Assembly: GCA_000442015.1 (NCBI GenBank)
Contig: KE561021.1
Span: forward strand, 1 to 52,017
Direction: 5' to 3'
DNA length: 52,017 nt
From: Rozella allomycis CSF55
Taxonomy: Eukaryota
Shown here: piece by piece, positions 1 to 10,616 of the stretch
Position numbering within the stretch: position 1 is the stretch's first letter
Layout: the number at the start of each line of letters is the position of its first letter
Translations under genes and position numbers: made by a program
Notes under the pieces: model-generated
Told to the model about the DNA's origin: nothing
What the model saw: the letters and a program-made list of their open reading frames with translations, nothing else
Databases searched by the model: none

Positions 1-351
1 TTCATGTATGAACGAATTAACTAACTGTTTTTCTCTGTCACTTAGAGCCTGCCCTTGCAAGTCAATATTTTTTCATAAGTTCTCGATAAATGCTTGTGTT
101 AACAACCAAATTTTGAACAAATTTATGCACCAGGGTCATCGCGCCTATTTTTCGTAAAAGTGATTTGCATTAAGTCTCTTAACCAACTAATTAAATCATT
201 TCCAGATAATTCTGTTGCCTTAAAGACACTCTCATACAAACTTAAGGCTTCATGAACAGTCTTAGGAGCATTATCACGTAAGAAAACCATATTGTTTTCA
301 GTCTCTCGAAAACAATACTTCAACAAAGAGAAGGCTTTTTCTTTCTCGCAT

Positions 352-1850
352 ATGGTTTCTATTCGCATGCGTCTTCCGATCGCAGCAAACCAAGATCTTG
401 AAATTCATCAACTTGACGTGAAAACGGCTTTTCGTCTTGCACCTTTAGACAAGCCCGTGTAAATGATCGTCCCAGATGGTAAGGGAATTACTTTAGGCAA
501 TAGCAAGGTTTGTCTTTTGAAGAAATCCCTTTATAGTTTAAGACAAGCGCAGCATCTTTGGAACTGTGAGATTGACAAATTTTTACAGAGTGAAGGTTAA
601 TCTCCAGCTAGTTCTGATCCGTGAATCTATATTAAACGTAGTTCTCATAAAATAATTGTTGGATTTATTAGTTTATATGTTGATGACTTGATTATTGCAG
701 GGAAGAAAGAAACAATAAATTAAATAATTGATTCCACTTGAAATGTCTGATTTGGGTGAATTCAAATATGTTTTGGGGTTAAAGTTATGTCGAAATAGAA
801 ACAATAACACTATTATACTGTATCAGCAAAGTTATGTTTCAAATCTATTAAAGAGAACAAATATGAGTGATTGTATTCCAACTGTTTCACCTTTTGATCC
901 AAGTATAAATCAAGTATGCTTTATAAAAATGCAAGTTCTGAATAAGATGATGGTATTTGAAAGTCATTATGTGAATCANAAATAATTGATTCCACTTGAA
1001 ATGTCTGATTTGGGTGAATTCAAATATGTTTTGGGGTTAAAGTTATGTCGAAATAGAAACAATAACACTATTATACTGTATCAGCAAAGTTATGTTTCAA
1101 ATCTTTTAAAGAGAACAAGATTGTATTCCAGCTGTTTCACCTTTTGATTTAAGTATAAATCAAGTATGCTTTATAAATATGCAAGTTCTGAATAAGATGA
1201 TGGTATTTGAAAGTCATTATGTGAATCATTTCGAACAATCATTGGATGTAATCTCACTTTCTTTTAAGTTTTATTGAGTTTATCTTAATCAATTGAATAA
1301 GAATAAAAATAATAAGAAATCGATCAATGCTACGAAACCCAAATTTATTACTCGTAAGAGGCCTGATTTATGTTTTGCACTTAATCTACTTTCTCGTTTC
1401 CACGGTTCTTCAAGACATATTCACTGGTTATGTCTCAAGCGTCTACGCCGTTATTTGAAGGGAACTCCTGATGTTGGAATTTGTTTGGGTGGTTAAGCNG
1501 AAATATTCATTGGTTATGTCTAAAGCGAGTACTACGTTACTTGAAGGGAACTCCTGATGTTGGAATTTGTTTGGGTGGTTAAGCGGATCAATTTTTATCT
1601 TGTTACTCGAGTGCCGGCTTTGGTGGACGTGATTTTGTTGGAAGTCAGCAGAATACTGCTAAATCTAGTACTGAAGCGTATAATACATTTTTTGTGCGAA
1701 ACTACACATGAACGGCTATGCATAAAACGAATAGCGGATGAATTAGGTTGTTTGATTTCTGAACCGATTGTTATGAATGTTGTCATAATTATCGAACCTG
1801 TTACGCATCAGGCGGTATGAAAATCGAACAATAGATGTAAGTCAAAGAAT
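352..1850 (+). mobile_element. Degenerate Ty1/copia LTR-retrotransposon pol fragment (RT + RNase H), pseudogenised
   Basis: Manual translation gives copia motifs SIRMRLPIAANQDLEIHQLDVKTAF, VCLLKKSLYSLRQAQHLWN, LYVDDLII (YVDD at 676-687), MSDLGEFKYVLG, RPDLCFALNLLSRF..HWLCLKRLRRYLKGT and KSSTEA. There are several stops and frameshifts, and segments are duplicated across the Ns at 979 and 1499. Confidence 0.93.
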
Positions 1851-2100
1851 TATCACCGATTTTTATACCGACGATATTCAACAAGGGTTTTTATCTTTTC
1901 AAAGGCCATATTTCCTGTGCACATTTCGACAATTGCGAATGGCTATCTAGTTTACAAAATGGAACTCAAATTCAAACAACAACTTTCTATACACCTCCAC
2001 AACATGGAATAACTGAAAGGGTGATAATGGAGCTATTCCGACTTTACGAGCACGACAAACAGTTCACACTGTCCAAGATCGTAAAAAAGTTGTTCGCTGG

Positions 2101-3635
2101 ATGACAAAGCGCTTCGATGAAAAGGGACACGAGAAGAATTTGATTCCAGAGGCCGTCAACCACTTTCACGATATTTTTAGGGGTGCATATCAAGCCAACT
2201 ATATGACGGCAAAGCGATGGTGGCAATCTAGAGCCAATTATCAAGGGACGAGGAAGCTCATTGGCCCAACGAAAATAACGCGCATTGTGCAAGGCATGCG
2301 CAAAGTCTTTAACGTCAAAGCAAAGCGCGGAAGAGGGAGGGCAACTGCGGCTTGGGTGTGGTGGCTTTACCGTAAGCTGCTAACAGAATTTATTCGACTT
2401 AGAAAATTAGGGTTTAAATTCACACATCCGCTTATGATGACGACCCTGGCTAAACAAATTTTGAATGAATCATCACATAAACGTTTTAACGCCCAATACC
2501 AAGTAAAATTAAGTTTACTCAAATGACAAAGTACAAGGATGTTCTCGTAATCGACAAGTTTAATCATGGATGGATTCAGCGGTTTTGCGACAAACACAGG
2601 ATTGTGTTGAGAACAAGGACTGGCAAGGGTCAAATTGGCCAGGAAAAGCGCGACGAAATTGATCGATCTGTCGCCTACCACCTTGGACAGGTAAGTGGGA
2701 TCTTTTAAATGTTTGTAGGTTAAAAGGGGTTTTGACTCCGGTTAGTTGAATGAGAACTACATCGACAATATGGATGACACGCATTTTATTATCGAGTTTG
2801 ACAATGGAAAGACGTTAGGATTTGTTGGAGAGGAGGATGCCGAACATAGATTAAGTACGCTGACGTTGTGTCAGGCGGAGAAGGAATGACGATGGTTGTT
2901 AGAATCACCGGAGTGCCAAATGCAAAAATCATGCCACCAATGATGATTTTCACCAACGCGCACTGTTCGCATCCTATCAAAGGTGTACCGGTGGACATTG
3001 ACGGTGCATGCTACAGAAGCGGGAAGAAAGATTGGATGGATAAGAGAGGTAAGATTAATCGTTGGATTGTTTGTTGGGTTTCAGGAATGGCTAGAAGAGC
3101 CAAAGGCGTACAAAAAGGCACCTAATGGAACTAAGTGAACAATCGTTCTGGACAATTGTGGAGGCCACATGGAACCAAGCGAATGTGACGATGTGCTAAA
3201 GAAACTCAACACGACCTTGCGATTTCTTCCGCCGAACGCAACAGACTTGGGCCAGCCTGCTGACTACTTTGTAATTCAAAAACTCAAGGACATTTGGAGA
3301 ACACATTGGAACTGAAATAAATCACGTTGATTGAAAACATGGAATGGAAAAACCAGAGAAGCAAAAAAGGACAATTCTCCGGAAAATTAAAAACCCAGGG
3401 AAGGAGTACTTTCTCAACTTGCCGCCAGAGTTGTCAGGAAGCTAATAAAGTGGTTGACAATAATGGCATGATTTGGTGTGGCTTATCTCTTAATTTTAAC
3501 GGCAAATGGGAAAAAGAGCAACTCTATCGTCATGTTCAAGCCATCATTGATAAGTATCCTGAAAATTTTATGGGTAGCAAGACTGGACTTCCCTATCTTC
3601 CAGAGTACTCAGACAATGAATCCGAATCAGAATAA
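2101..3635 (+). mobile_element. pogo/Tc5-like (CENP-B HTH + DDE_1) DNA transposase pseudogene with mini-introns
   Basis: HTH-like GWIQRFCDKHRIVLR and DDE_1-type motifs NMDDTHF, IVLDNCGGH and FLPPNATDLGQPAD. GT-AG introns at 2503-2531 and 2691-2718 join the frames. Several in-frame stops remain. No TIRs were identified and the 5' boundary is uncertain. Confidence 0.85.
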
Positions 3636-4129
3636 ATATCAATTTATTTTAATTATTGCGCTGTCACGATGAATCTTCATAACGATGCCTGACATCAAAT
3701 CCCAGTTGATGTGTAAGGCTAAATTTTTTTTGCAAACGTTTCCAACAATGCATCTTTCTAAAAACACACACAATTCTGTCATTATACCTAAATTGGATTT
3801 TGATGCTTGAACGCCTTCCGCGGTCACCTTATGAGACCCAAAGTAGAACGCAATCACTTTTTTGGTGAAAATAATACTGTCACCAACTTTCAGTATCAAC
3901 CCACACTTCTTATGCCTCTTGCAGCTTNACTGTATACTGGAAAAACAAAGTTTGACAAGAAGCCGAACAAGTCGCTTTGGCTGAATTTCACCCATCATAT
4001 GGCCATTAGAGTCATTTCTGCACCTCCTGACGCCCTTTACGACTACTCGCAGTCTACANACTTCTTGGAGCTGTCCGTAATTAGTGATATTTGTAAAAAA
4101 TTTTCTTCAAAGTTTTCCCTTCTAATTTT

Positions 4130-4400
4130 TATGGTGCAAAGAGTTCGTTCAGGTGATGAATATGAAAGTGACACCCCCAAACCAAAAAATGCATGGACTG
4201 ACGAACAACTTTAACTTCTTTTGCATTTAACGATTGGAGAAATATTGCGATGAGGTTTTAGACTTTAAAGATCGCAAAAAGGTTCAAAAGACGTGGTATA
4301 ATATGGTGGAAGAATGTAACAAATCATTTATTCCTCTGCAACCGTCAAACAAATGAAAACAGTTTTCTGATGTTTTTACGAAATTCATGAATCACATGAA
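4130..4400 (+). pseudogene. Degenerate Myb/SANT-like ORF, possibly a PIF/Harbinger accessory gene remnant
   Basis: KNAWTDEQL*LLL followed by KKVQKTWYNMVEECNK resembles a SANT/trihelix domain. It is interrupted by stops and frameshifts. Confidence 0.35.
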
Positions 4401-5553
4401 TAAAAACGTCTAGTTTCAATGCCTAAATAAGTATTTTTCAAAAAATCATTTTTTTCGACTGAGGTTCAGGGTCAAGTATAGGGCTCAGANATGGCTGCGC
4501 TACTACAACACACTTCCCCAGTGCTACTTTGAGCCTATGCTGGAACTTGGCGACTTGGTTACTCCAGAAATCGATCCCGCAAGCTGTTTATGAAGACTGT
4601 CAATGCCCAGTAACATGTAGAGGCAAATAAAGAAACTTACAAAAGCAACATTATATATTTAATGTCGAGCCACTTTTAGCTACTGAGACGTCATGTAAAG
4701 AGAGACTTTATATTTATTACTGAAATATTAGATGCATATAAAATCGATTCTCTTGAATTCTTCGTTACGTTTCCAAAAATCAGCCGTTTATTATTACAAC
4801 TATAGTTTGTGAAGAAAAGATGGTATAAAAGAGTGGGACGTTTGTAAAAAGTGGGATGTTGATTATCTTTCTGAAAGGCTACCTGATTCTGATAATTGCA
4901 GTAACACCTTTCGGCAATGCAGACAGTGCGGTTGGAGAGTATTTACTATTTTGTTTTACCAGAGGAGAAAAAATGTCATTTGGTGATTTCATTCTCAATC
5001 TTGAGACAAACAATGACCACGTGCATTATTTGCAGTCACAAAATGATAATTTAAGTCAAGATGGATTTGCTGCGATAAGAAAGGATGTTCCTGAGAGCAT
5101 TGAATTCGCTAGCGAAGCGCTTGATGCAAAACCAGATGCAGTGAATTTGTGGATCGGAAACGAAAAGTCTACGACAAGCATGCATAAAGACCACTATGAA
5201 AATCTGTATGCTGTTGTTAGAGGATGCAAGATATTTACACTTTATCCTCCCAATTATTATCCATTTTTAAAAGGTAGAGGATTTTTAACTAAAAGAAAGA
5301 AAAGGTATTGAATGTGGGGAGATATAAATATAATGGAGAGTGGGAAATTATTCCTGAAATAAACGATGGACAGCCAATGACGCTACCATGGATTACAGCT
5401 GATCCTGAGAATTTACAAAGAGATCTTCCCCCGCCATTAATTGCTGTTGTTGAAGAAGGCGATCTCTTTTACTTGCCATCGTTGTGGTATCATAAAGTAG
5501 AACAAGATGGATTTACTGTTGCAGTGAACTATTGGTATGACATGCATTTTGGN

Positions 5554-5960
5554 TGTTAAAATGATAAAAATAAAAGAAAAGAATGAAAATAAAGAAGAAA
5601 CAAATGGAAGAAATGATGTTGTAAAAGAAGCAAATTTATTGGAAGCGTGCATTGAAAGGTCTCCAAGTTGTGAACTTGGAGACCTTTAAACTTTGTCAAA
5701 CCCTGCTTACGTTTTATGCAAACTCCACCATATTTCGCCCTGATGGGATTTCTAGTGTGAAAATGAAGTGCGACAAAGCTTATCTGATGGTATCTAGGGA
5801 AGAATCAGGGTATAAGAAGGGATCGGAAAATAAATAGAAAATACGTTACTACTCAACTCTTTTCTAAGTTTTTAATTAGTTTTCTTTATTAATTGAATAA
5901 TAATAATAAGAAAAATCAAATCAATCAATCCTAAAGAAACTACATTTATTAATTTTAAGA
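5554..5960. mobile_element. Solo-LTR-like / short-TIR insertion (407 bp)
   Basis: Starts TGTTAAAAT and ends ATTTTAAGA (8/9 inverted match). It is flanked by the repeated JMJD7 sequence ctattggtatgacatgcattttgg (5529-5552 and 5961-5984). Its 3' ~100 bp resembles 1250-1350 inside the copia element. Confidence 0.55.
5655..5687. repeat. Perfect 15-bp inverted repeat with a 3-nt loop
   Basis: AAAGGTCTCCAAGTT-GTG-AACTTGGAGACCTTT. Confidence 0.95.
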
Positions 5961-7329
5961 CTATTGGTATGACATGCATTTTGGGATCAACTATCATTAN
6001 CGCTTCACTCACATCAATAGATTTACATATATCCGGGTTCGCGCGCTAGTTAGCACATACAGCCTCGGGTTCGAACGACTTACGACATTGTCCATAGTTA
6101 GGGTTTGTACTCACTTCACTCGCTTTCATATTGAAAACAATGCTTTTTATAGACTATTGCGTTGAAGCAAAGGCGACACTAACAAACAAAATATTGTGTA
6201 TTTACGCATTCCATACTAAGAGCCAGGCAAAAACGTATAAGCATTCAAAATAGAAAATACTACTCATTATTGGCATCATGGNTCTATTACATTTAGTTCT
6301 ATTTATTGATATCTCCTTGTAGTCTTATATGGTGGTTCTTTCTATAAGTATCAGAATAGAGATCTGTCAGGATTAAGAGATCCTTTGAGAATTATGANTT
6401 CACAAGTCCACACCCTTCTTTCCTTTTAAATGTCTGATCTTTGTTGAATTTCTTCTTTATGCCGTTGAATTTCTGCTTTATTCAACAAACCCCTGCCTAA
6501 TCTTTGAGAAAGTTGAAGTTGGAATAGTCTTGACTGAATTTGTTAGATATCGAAACTTTTGGGAAATGCTGTACATATTAGACTTGCTAGAGAGAACATG
6601 ATAGTTGCTTAGTAAGTGACAATACAAAAATAGAACAATGGATAATGCAGGCATACGGCTTCTGTGGAGTTTTTCCCGGTTAATAACAGTCTAAAGCCAA
6701 TAGCGCACATCCTCAGAGGATCCTCTATAGCCACAGACAAAATGAGACTAGAGAATATTAGAAATTTAAAAGGAAGGGAGAATGTGGACTTATGAATCCC
6801 GGAAAGTATTTAAGTAAATCTTCTCCCCAACTTCCATAATTTGACTGAGTCTTTGTATTTAAGAAGTTGACAAATTCTTTTTGCAGTAAGAAAACACAAT
6901 TTACGTAGGAATGCGAAGCATGATGAGGATAAAAAGCTAAAAAAACCCTTGATACGTGTTTTCTATCGAAAAGAAATTTAAACTTTTTAAATACCAAGAC
7001 TTTGTCAAATTTTGAAAGTTGGGGAGGACTTCCGCGTGATTTTCTTCATTCGGGTAATATTAATGAATTGGTGTCACAATATTCTATAGACAAGTATATG
7101 ACCTTTTATCAATGGAAAATTGTGCTTGTCTCTCATGATGTTACCCTCAACAATTCAACAATCTAAACCATGGTACGTGGAACTTTTCAAGTGAGCACCA
7201 TTCAACGATTTACGATATGGTAACACGTGACCACGTCAATGTCTAGTCTGAGAACTTTGGTTCAGTGCCAAAAGATTAATACACAGTAAACATGTGTATT
7301 CATAATTTCATATTTCGAAATACTAAATA

Positions 7330-8480
7330 TTGAAATTTGAATCATTCATGAATGAAGTTTCGCGAATTTTCCTCATGCGTGAAGTGGACAATGGAAACCT
7401 TTGCAGATCCATTTGCACTGTCTACTCTGTGAAAAGACTTTTAAAAAATATAGATTTTGAGTTGAACCCATTGAACATAGACCAGTATGAAACCCTTTTC
7501 AACTTGCTGAAAAATGATACCAAGGTGGAAGATATTATACATTTTTGGACCGAATACAATTTTCCAATCGATTATATAGTAAGATTAATGTATTATTTCG
7601 ATAGTATAAATGTGTGAAAACAGTGAATTTCTATTATGAACTGTGTGACGGTAATAATTTACGTGAAGAATTGATAGAATTAAAAAATATGCTTGAATCT
7701 GAAGGATCGCTAGTAAATAAAAAAGCCGACTTTTAATAGCTCAAATGGTCTTTGTTTGGGTACTTGTCAAGATCGGTAATAAGCGAGATTTCGTCAAAAA
7801 CTTTTGAAGAGATGTGCGCATTGACCAAAAGCATGCAAAATTATCTTGATGGAGAGTTGAATGAAGGCATGGTGAACAATGATGGCGATTTTGAAGAGTA
7901 AAACATGCAGCGTAATAATAGTTAGCATTATTAATGGTATTTATGTGATGAATGAGTCAGTATTCCTTGATCAAATACACCGTTATTATGATTATAATAT
8001 ATCTTTNAGAACAATGATGGTGATTTTGAAGAGTAAAACATGCAGCGTGAAAATAGTTAGCATTATTAATGGTATTTATGTGATGAATGATTCAGTATTC
8101 CTTGATCAAATACACCGTTATTATGATTATAACATATCTTTAGCCAGAAAAAAGTAATATTCATCGGAGAAGATCTTGTAGTATCTCATTATTACATCCA
8201 CTAGAAGCACTTGATGAATATAAACAATTCAAATCTCAAAATGCAGATGATTTAGTATATCTACTTTTAATCCTCAATATAGGCCATTCATGAAGCAATA
8301 AGACTTTGTGAACGTCATAATCTAAACACAGAGCATAAAGAATGGCTCAAAAAATTGAACAAGGATAATAAACGTGCTAAATTGTATGAAATTAGAAGAG
8401 AATTGGCCGGTAATGAAACCAGAGCAACAAGNAATGGTCCAAACTAAGTAATTGAATAAATCAAACTAAATAATGTAGAT
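7330..8480 (+). pseudogene. Fragmented ORFs of unknown family, probably a decayed gene
   Basis: Successive short protein-like + strand ORFs broken by stops and N joins. No recognisable motif. Confidence 0.25.
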
Positions 8481-8595
8481 ATGGTAGAACATGAGAAAGA
8501 TGACGAGGAACTGCAATTCAGAAAAATGATGTCTTTTAAGCCAACAAATGACAGATTTATTGAATATTCGACATCAATTTTAATTCAATGATGGT

Positions 8596-10504
8596 TTATT
8601 TAATGTAATTTAACATAAAAGTATCGTTTTGCCTAATAATAAATGTATTATTCAAGTTACTCTTCCACATTTATATCTTCGTCGGTGCAAAGTGTGTCAA
8701 TTTTTAACAATTCGATTTCAGCGAATTTTTCACCTTGAATATTGGCCTCAATCAAAGAAGATATATCAGTTTCTGTAGCCCTTGGTATAAAGTTGATTAA
8801 TTTATNTTCTGTAGCCCTTGGTATAAAGTTTATTAATTTATCGTTATCATTTGGAACATAATTATTGAAATGATTCTTAAATGACTTTTTAAACTGTACC
8901 TTTTGAAGTTCTTTTTTATCCTTGCTGATATCGTCTGAAACTTTTTTCTCTGAAATAAAGCTTGATTTTTTAGCCTCAACGTAATCCTTTTTGGTGTGAA
9001 GAGCGTTAAGGTCTTTCAAATTCGATACAAATTGTGCTTTCGAAGCATCAATAATCCTGGAGCGTATTGGCGCGTATTTATCATCTTTTTTAATATTATC
9101 AGTGTTATTTTCAATTGTTGTCGGCTCGGATTCAATTATCTTCGTTCCTTCTAGTTCGGTAACTTTGGCAATCTCATGAGACGAGCTGTCCTTTGGCACT
9201 GAATCTTCAGTAATAGTCCTTGAAGTTTCTTGGTCTGGCTTGCCTTCAACATCTTCAATTTCTATCAATTCTGGCTGCATAGACTCCTCCGGGCTTACAT
9301 TTATGTTTGCTTCATGGCTTCTTTTGATCATGCACAGCCTGTTCATTAGCCTGTTTTGAATTATTATTCTTTTTATGGCGGTTGACCATTTCCGTGAATA
9401 AAAAAGCTAACAATTAAAAATAGCAACATCTACTTACCTTTACTCTCCATTCAAGAGGAGTTTCAGAATTTTTATTAGATAAGAGCCGATGCAAAGGTAC
9501 CAAATGTAAAGCACTTCTTGATTCATTTTCCATAACAGCTTCTAAATCAGCTTTATCATCATTTCCCTTTTTATTGGTATTTTTGGGTTTTTTCTGTTGA
9601 TGAACTCTTTCAACTTTGGGTTCATAACCTTTTTTAATTTCCTTTTGTGGTTCAATCACTTTAACTTGCTTCATTTCCTTTGGCTGGCAGGCTCCTTGTA
9701 GCTGCACTTTAAAAGTGCTTGGACCAAGTCCAGTTGACACATCCACATAAATATTATGCAGAGAAGTGACGAACCTTGTTGGAATATACTTTACATCTAT
9801 AACAGACTCACATTTCGCTTTCAGAATACCTTTTGAAGTCAAGCCGTGTTGTTACCGTATTTTGGTTCAACAATGAAGACATTGCATTCGTCGCATTCCT
9901 TGACCTTGTATTCAAATGATATATCTGAATTATTCTGTAGCTTGATGCATTTTAGCGTTTCAGTGTTTGCGAATTGGCAGCCAAAGTCGATTATCGATGG
10001 CGTCTTCATTACGACATTTGCTGGAAATGCATGAATCGGCACACATATAAAATCACCCAGACTTGTGCGTATTTTCAATCTTTCATAGAAATATCGTATT
10101 TCATCTGCTTCAAAGAACACTTCTACCGTCTCACTCAACCCGGGCATTATTTTTCCCTATTAGCTTGCAATGCATAAACTATACTTTTCGATCAACTTTA
10201 ATTTTAAATGCGTTATCATTGTTTTCGAGAGAATATGAGAGAGTAATTGGAGAGGATGATCTGTTAATGATTCTAATTTTCTTTGTAATGATATCATTTT
10301 TTTCAAAGGAATCAAATTTTACAGATTTAGGAATGATGGAAACAGAATCGTTGTCTGAGGGAAATGTATAAACTAGAAATAGTAGCATTCATCGTTGTTA
10401 CTTTTGTAGGGCTCTTTACGTTTGTATATAATTGATTCTCTGCTTATAGTTTTGGTTTCATCGAATAAAGATTTAGGGACTTTAAGAGTTTGAATTACAT
10501 TCAT
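8596..10504 (-). CDS. CFAP221: Cilia- and flagella-associated protein 221 (PCDP1)-like, multi-exon
   Basis: PGLSETVEVFFEADEIRYFYERLKIR..VPIHAFP..IDFG..ISFEY matches the CFAP221 N-terminal ASH domains as I recall them (PGLS..V.F.PDEWRYYYD.I...VPIHAYP). ATG at 10504, ORFs joined by ~28-nt introns, inferred stop at 8596. Confidence 0.75.
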
Positions 10505-10616
10505 GAATTGCCTTGGTAACTAACCGCGAGAATTATTAAAGGCGAGAAACAATTTTAGAATTTAGAAATGATAAAACATAAAGATTTCAAAGCAATTAAG
10601 TAAATTTATTTATTGT

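Larger units (their letters stand above)
4705..5999 (+). pseudogene. JMJD7: JMJD7-like JmjC/Cupin_8 hydroxylase, frameshifted in its 5' part and interrupted near its 3' end
   Basis: Motifs LRYVSKNQPFII, WDVCKKWDVDYL, AVTPFGNAD, YLQSQNDNL, AVNLWIGNEKSTTSMHKDHYENLY and YLPSLWYHKVEQ..AVNYWYDM (HxD..H Fe ligands). Intron at 5274-5299. Apparent frameshifts near 4760 and 4890. The 3' end resumes at 5961 after a 407-bp insert. Confidence 0.75.

Noticed and set aside
123..368. 81-aa - strand ORF at the window start
   Set aside because: No recognisable motif. It overlaps the copia fragment boundary and cannot be assigned.
719..1228. ~250-bp direct repeat in the copia RT
   Set aside because: The copies abut an N at 979. 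This is the typical unmerged contig or haplotype overlap, not evidence of a true tandem duplication.
352..3635. In-frame TAA/TAG/TGA suggesting stop-codon reassignment
   Set aside because: These stops are confined to decayed elements that also have frameshifts. Conserved genes translate with the standard code once the mini-introns are removed.
6030..6085. GGGTTCGAAC resembling a tRNA T-loop/B-box
   Set aside because: No cloverleaf. On the - strand, 6083-6046 reads as a GTAAGT..GCTAACTAG intron of a decayed gene.
7875..8141. ~130-bp tandem repeat
   Set aside because: The copies flank N8007, the same assembly artefact pattern.
8770..8842. Repeated KLINFIPRATE peptide in CFAP221
   Set aside because: Straddles an N at ~8806, so it is an artefact rather than a protein repeat.
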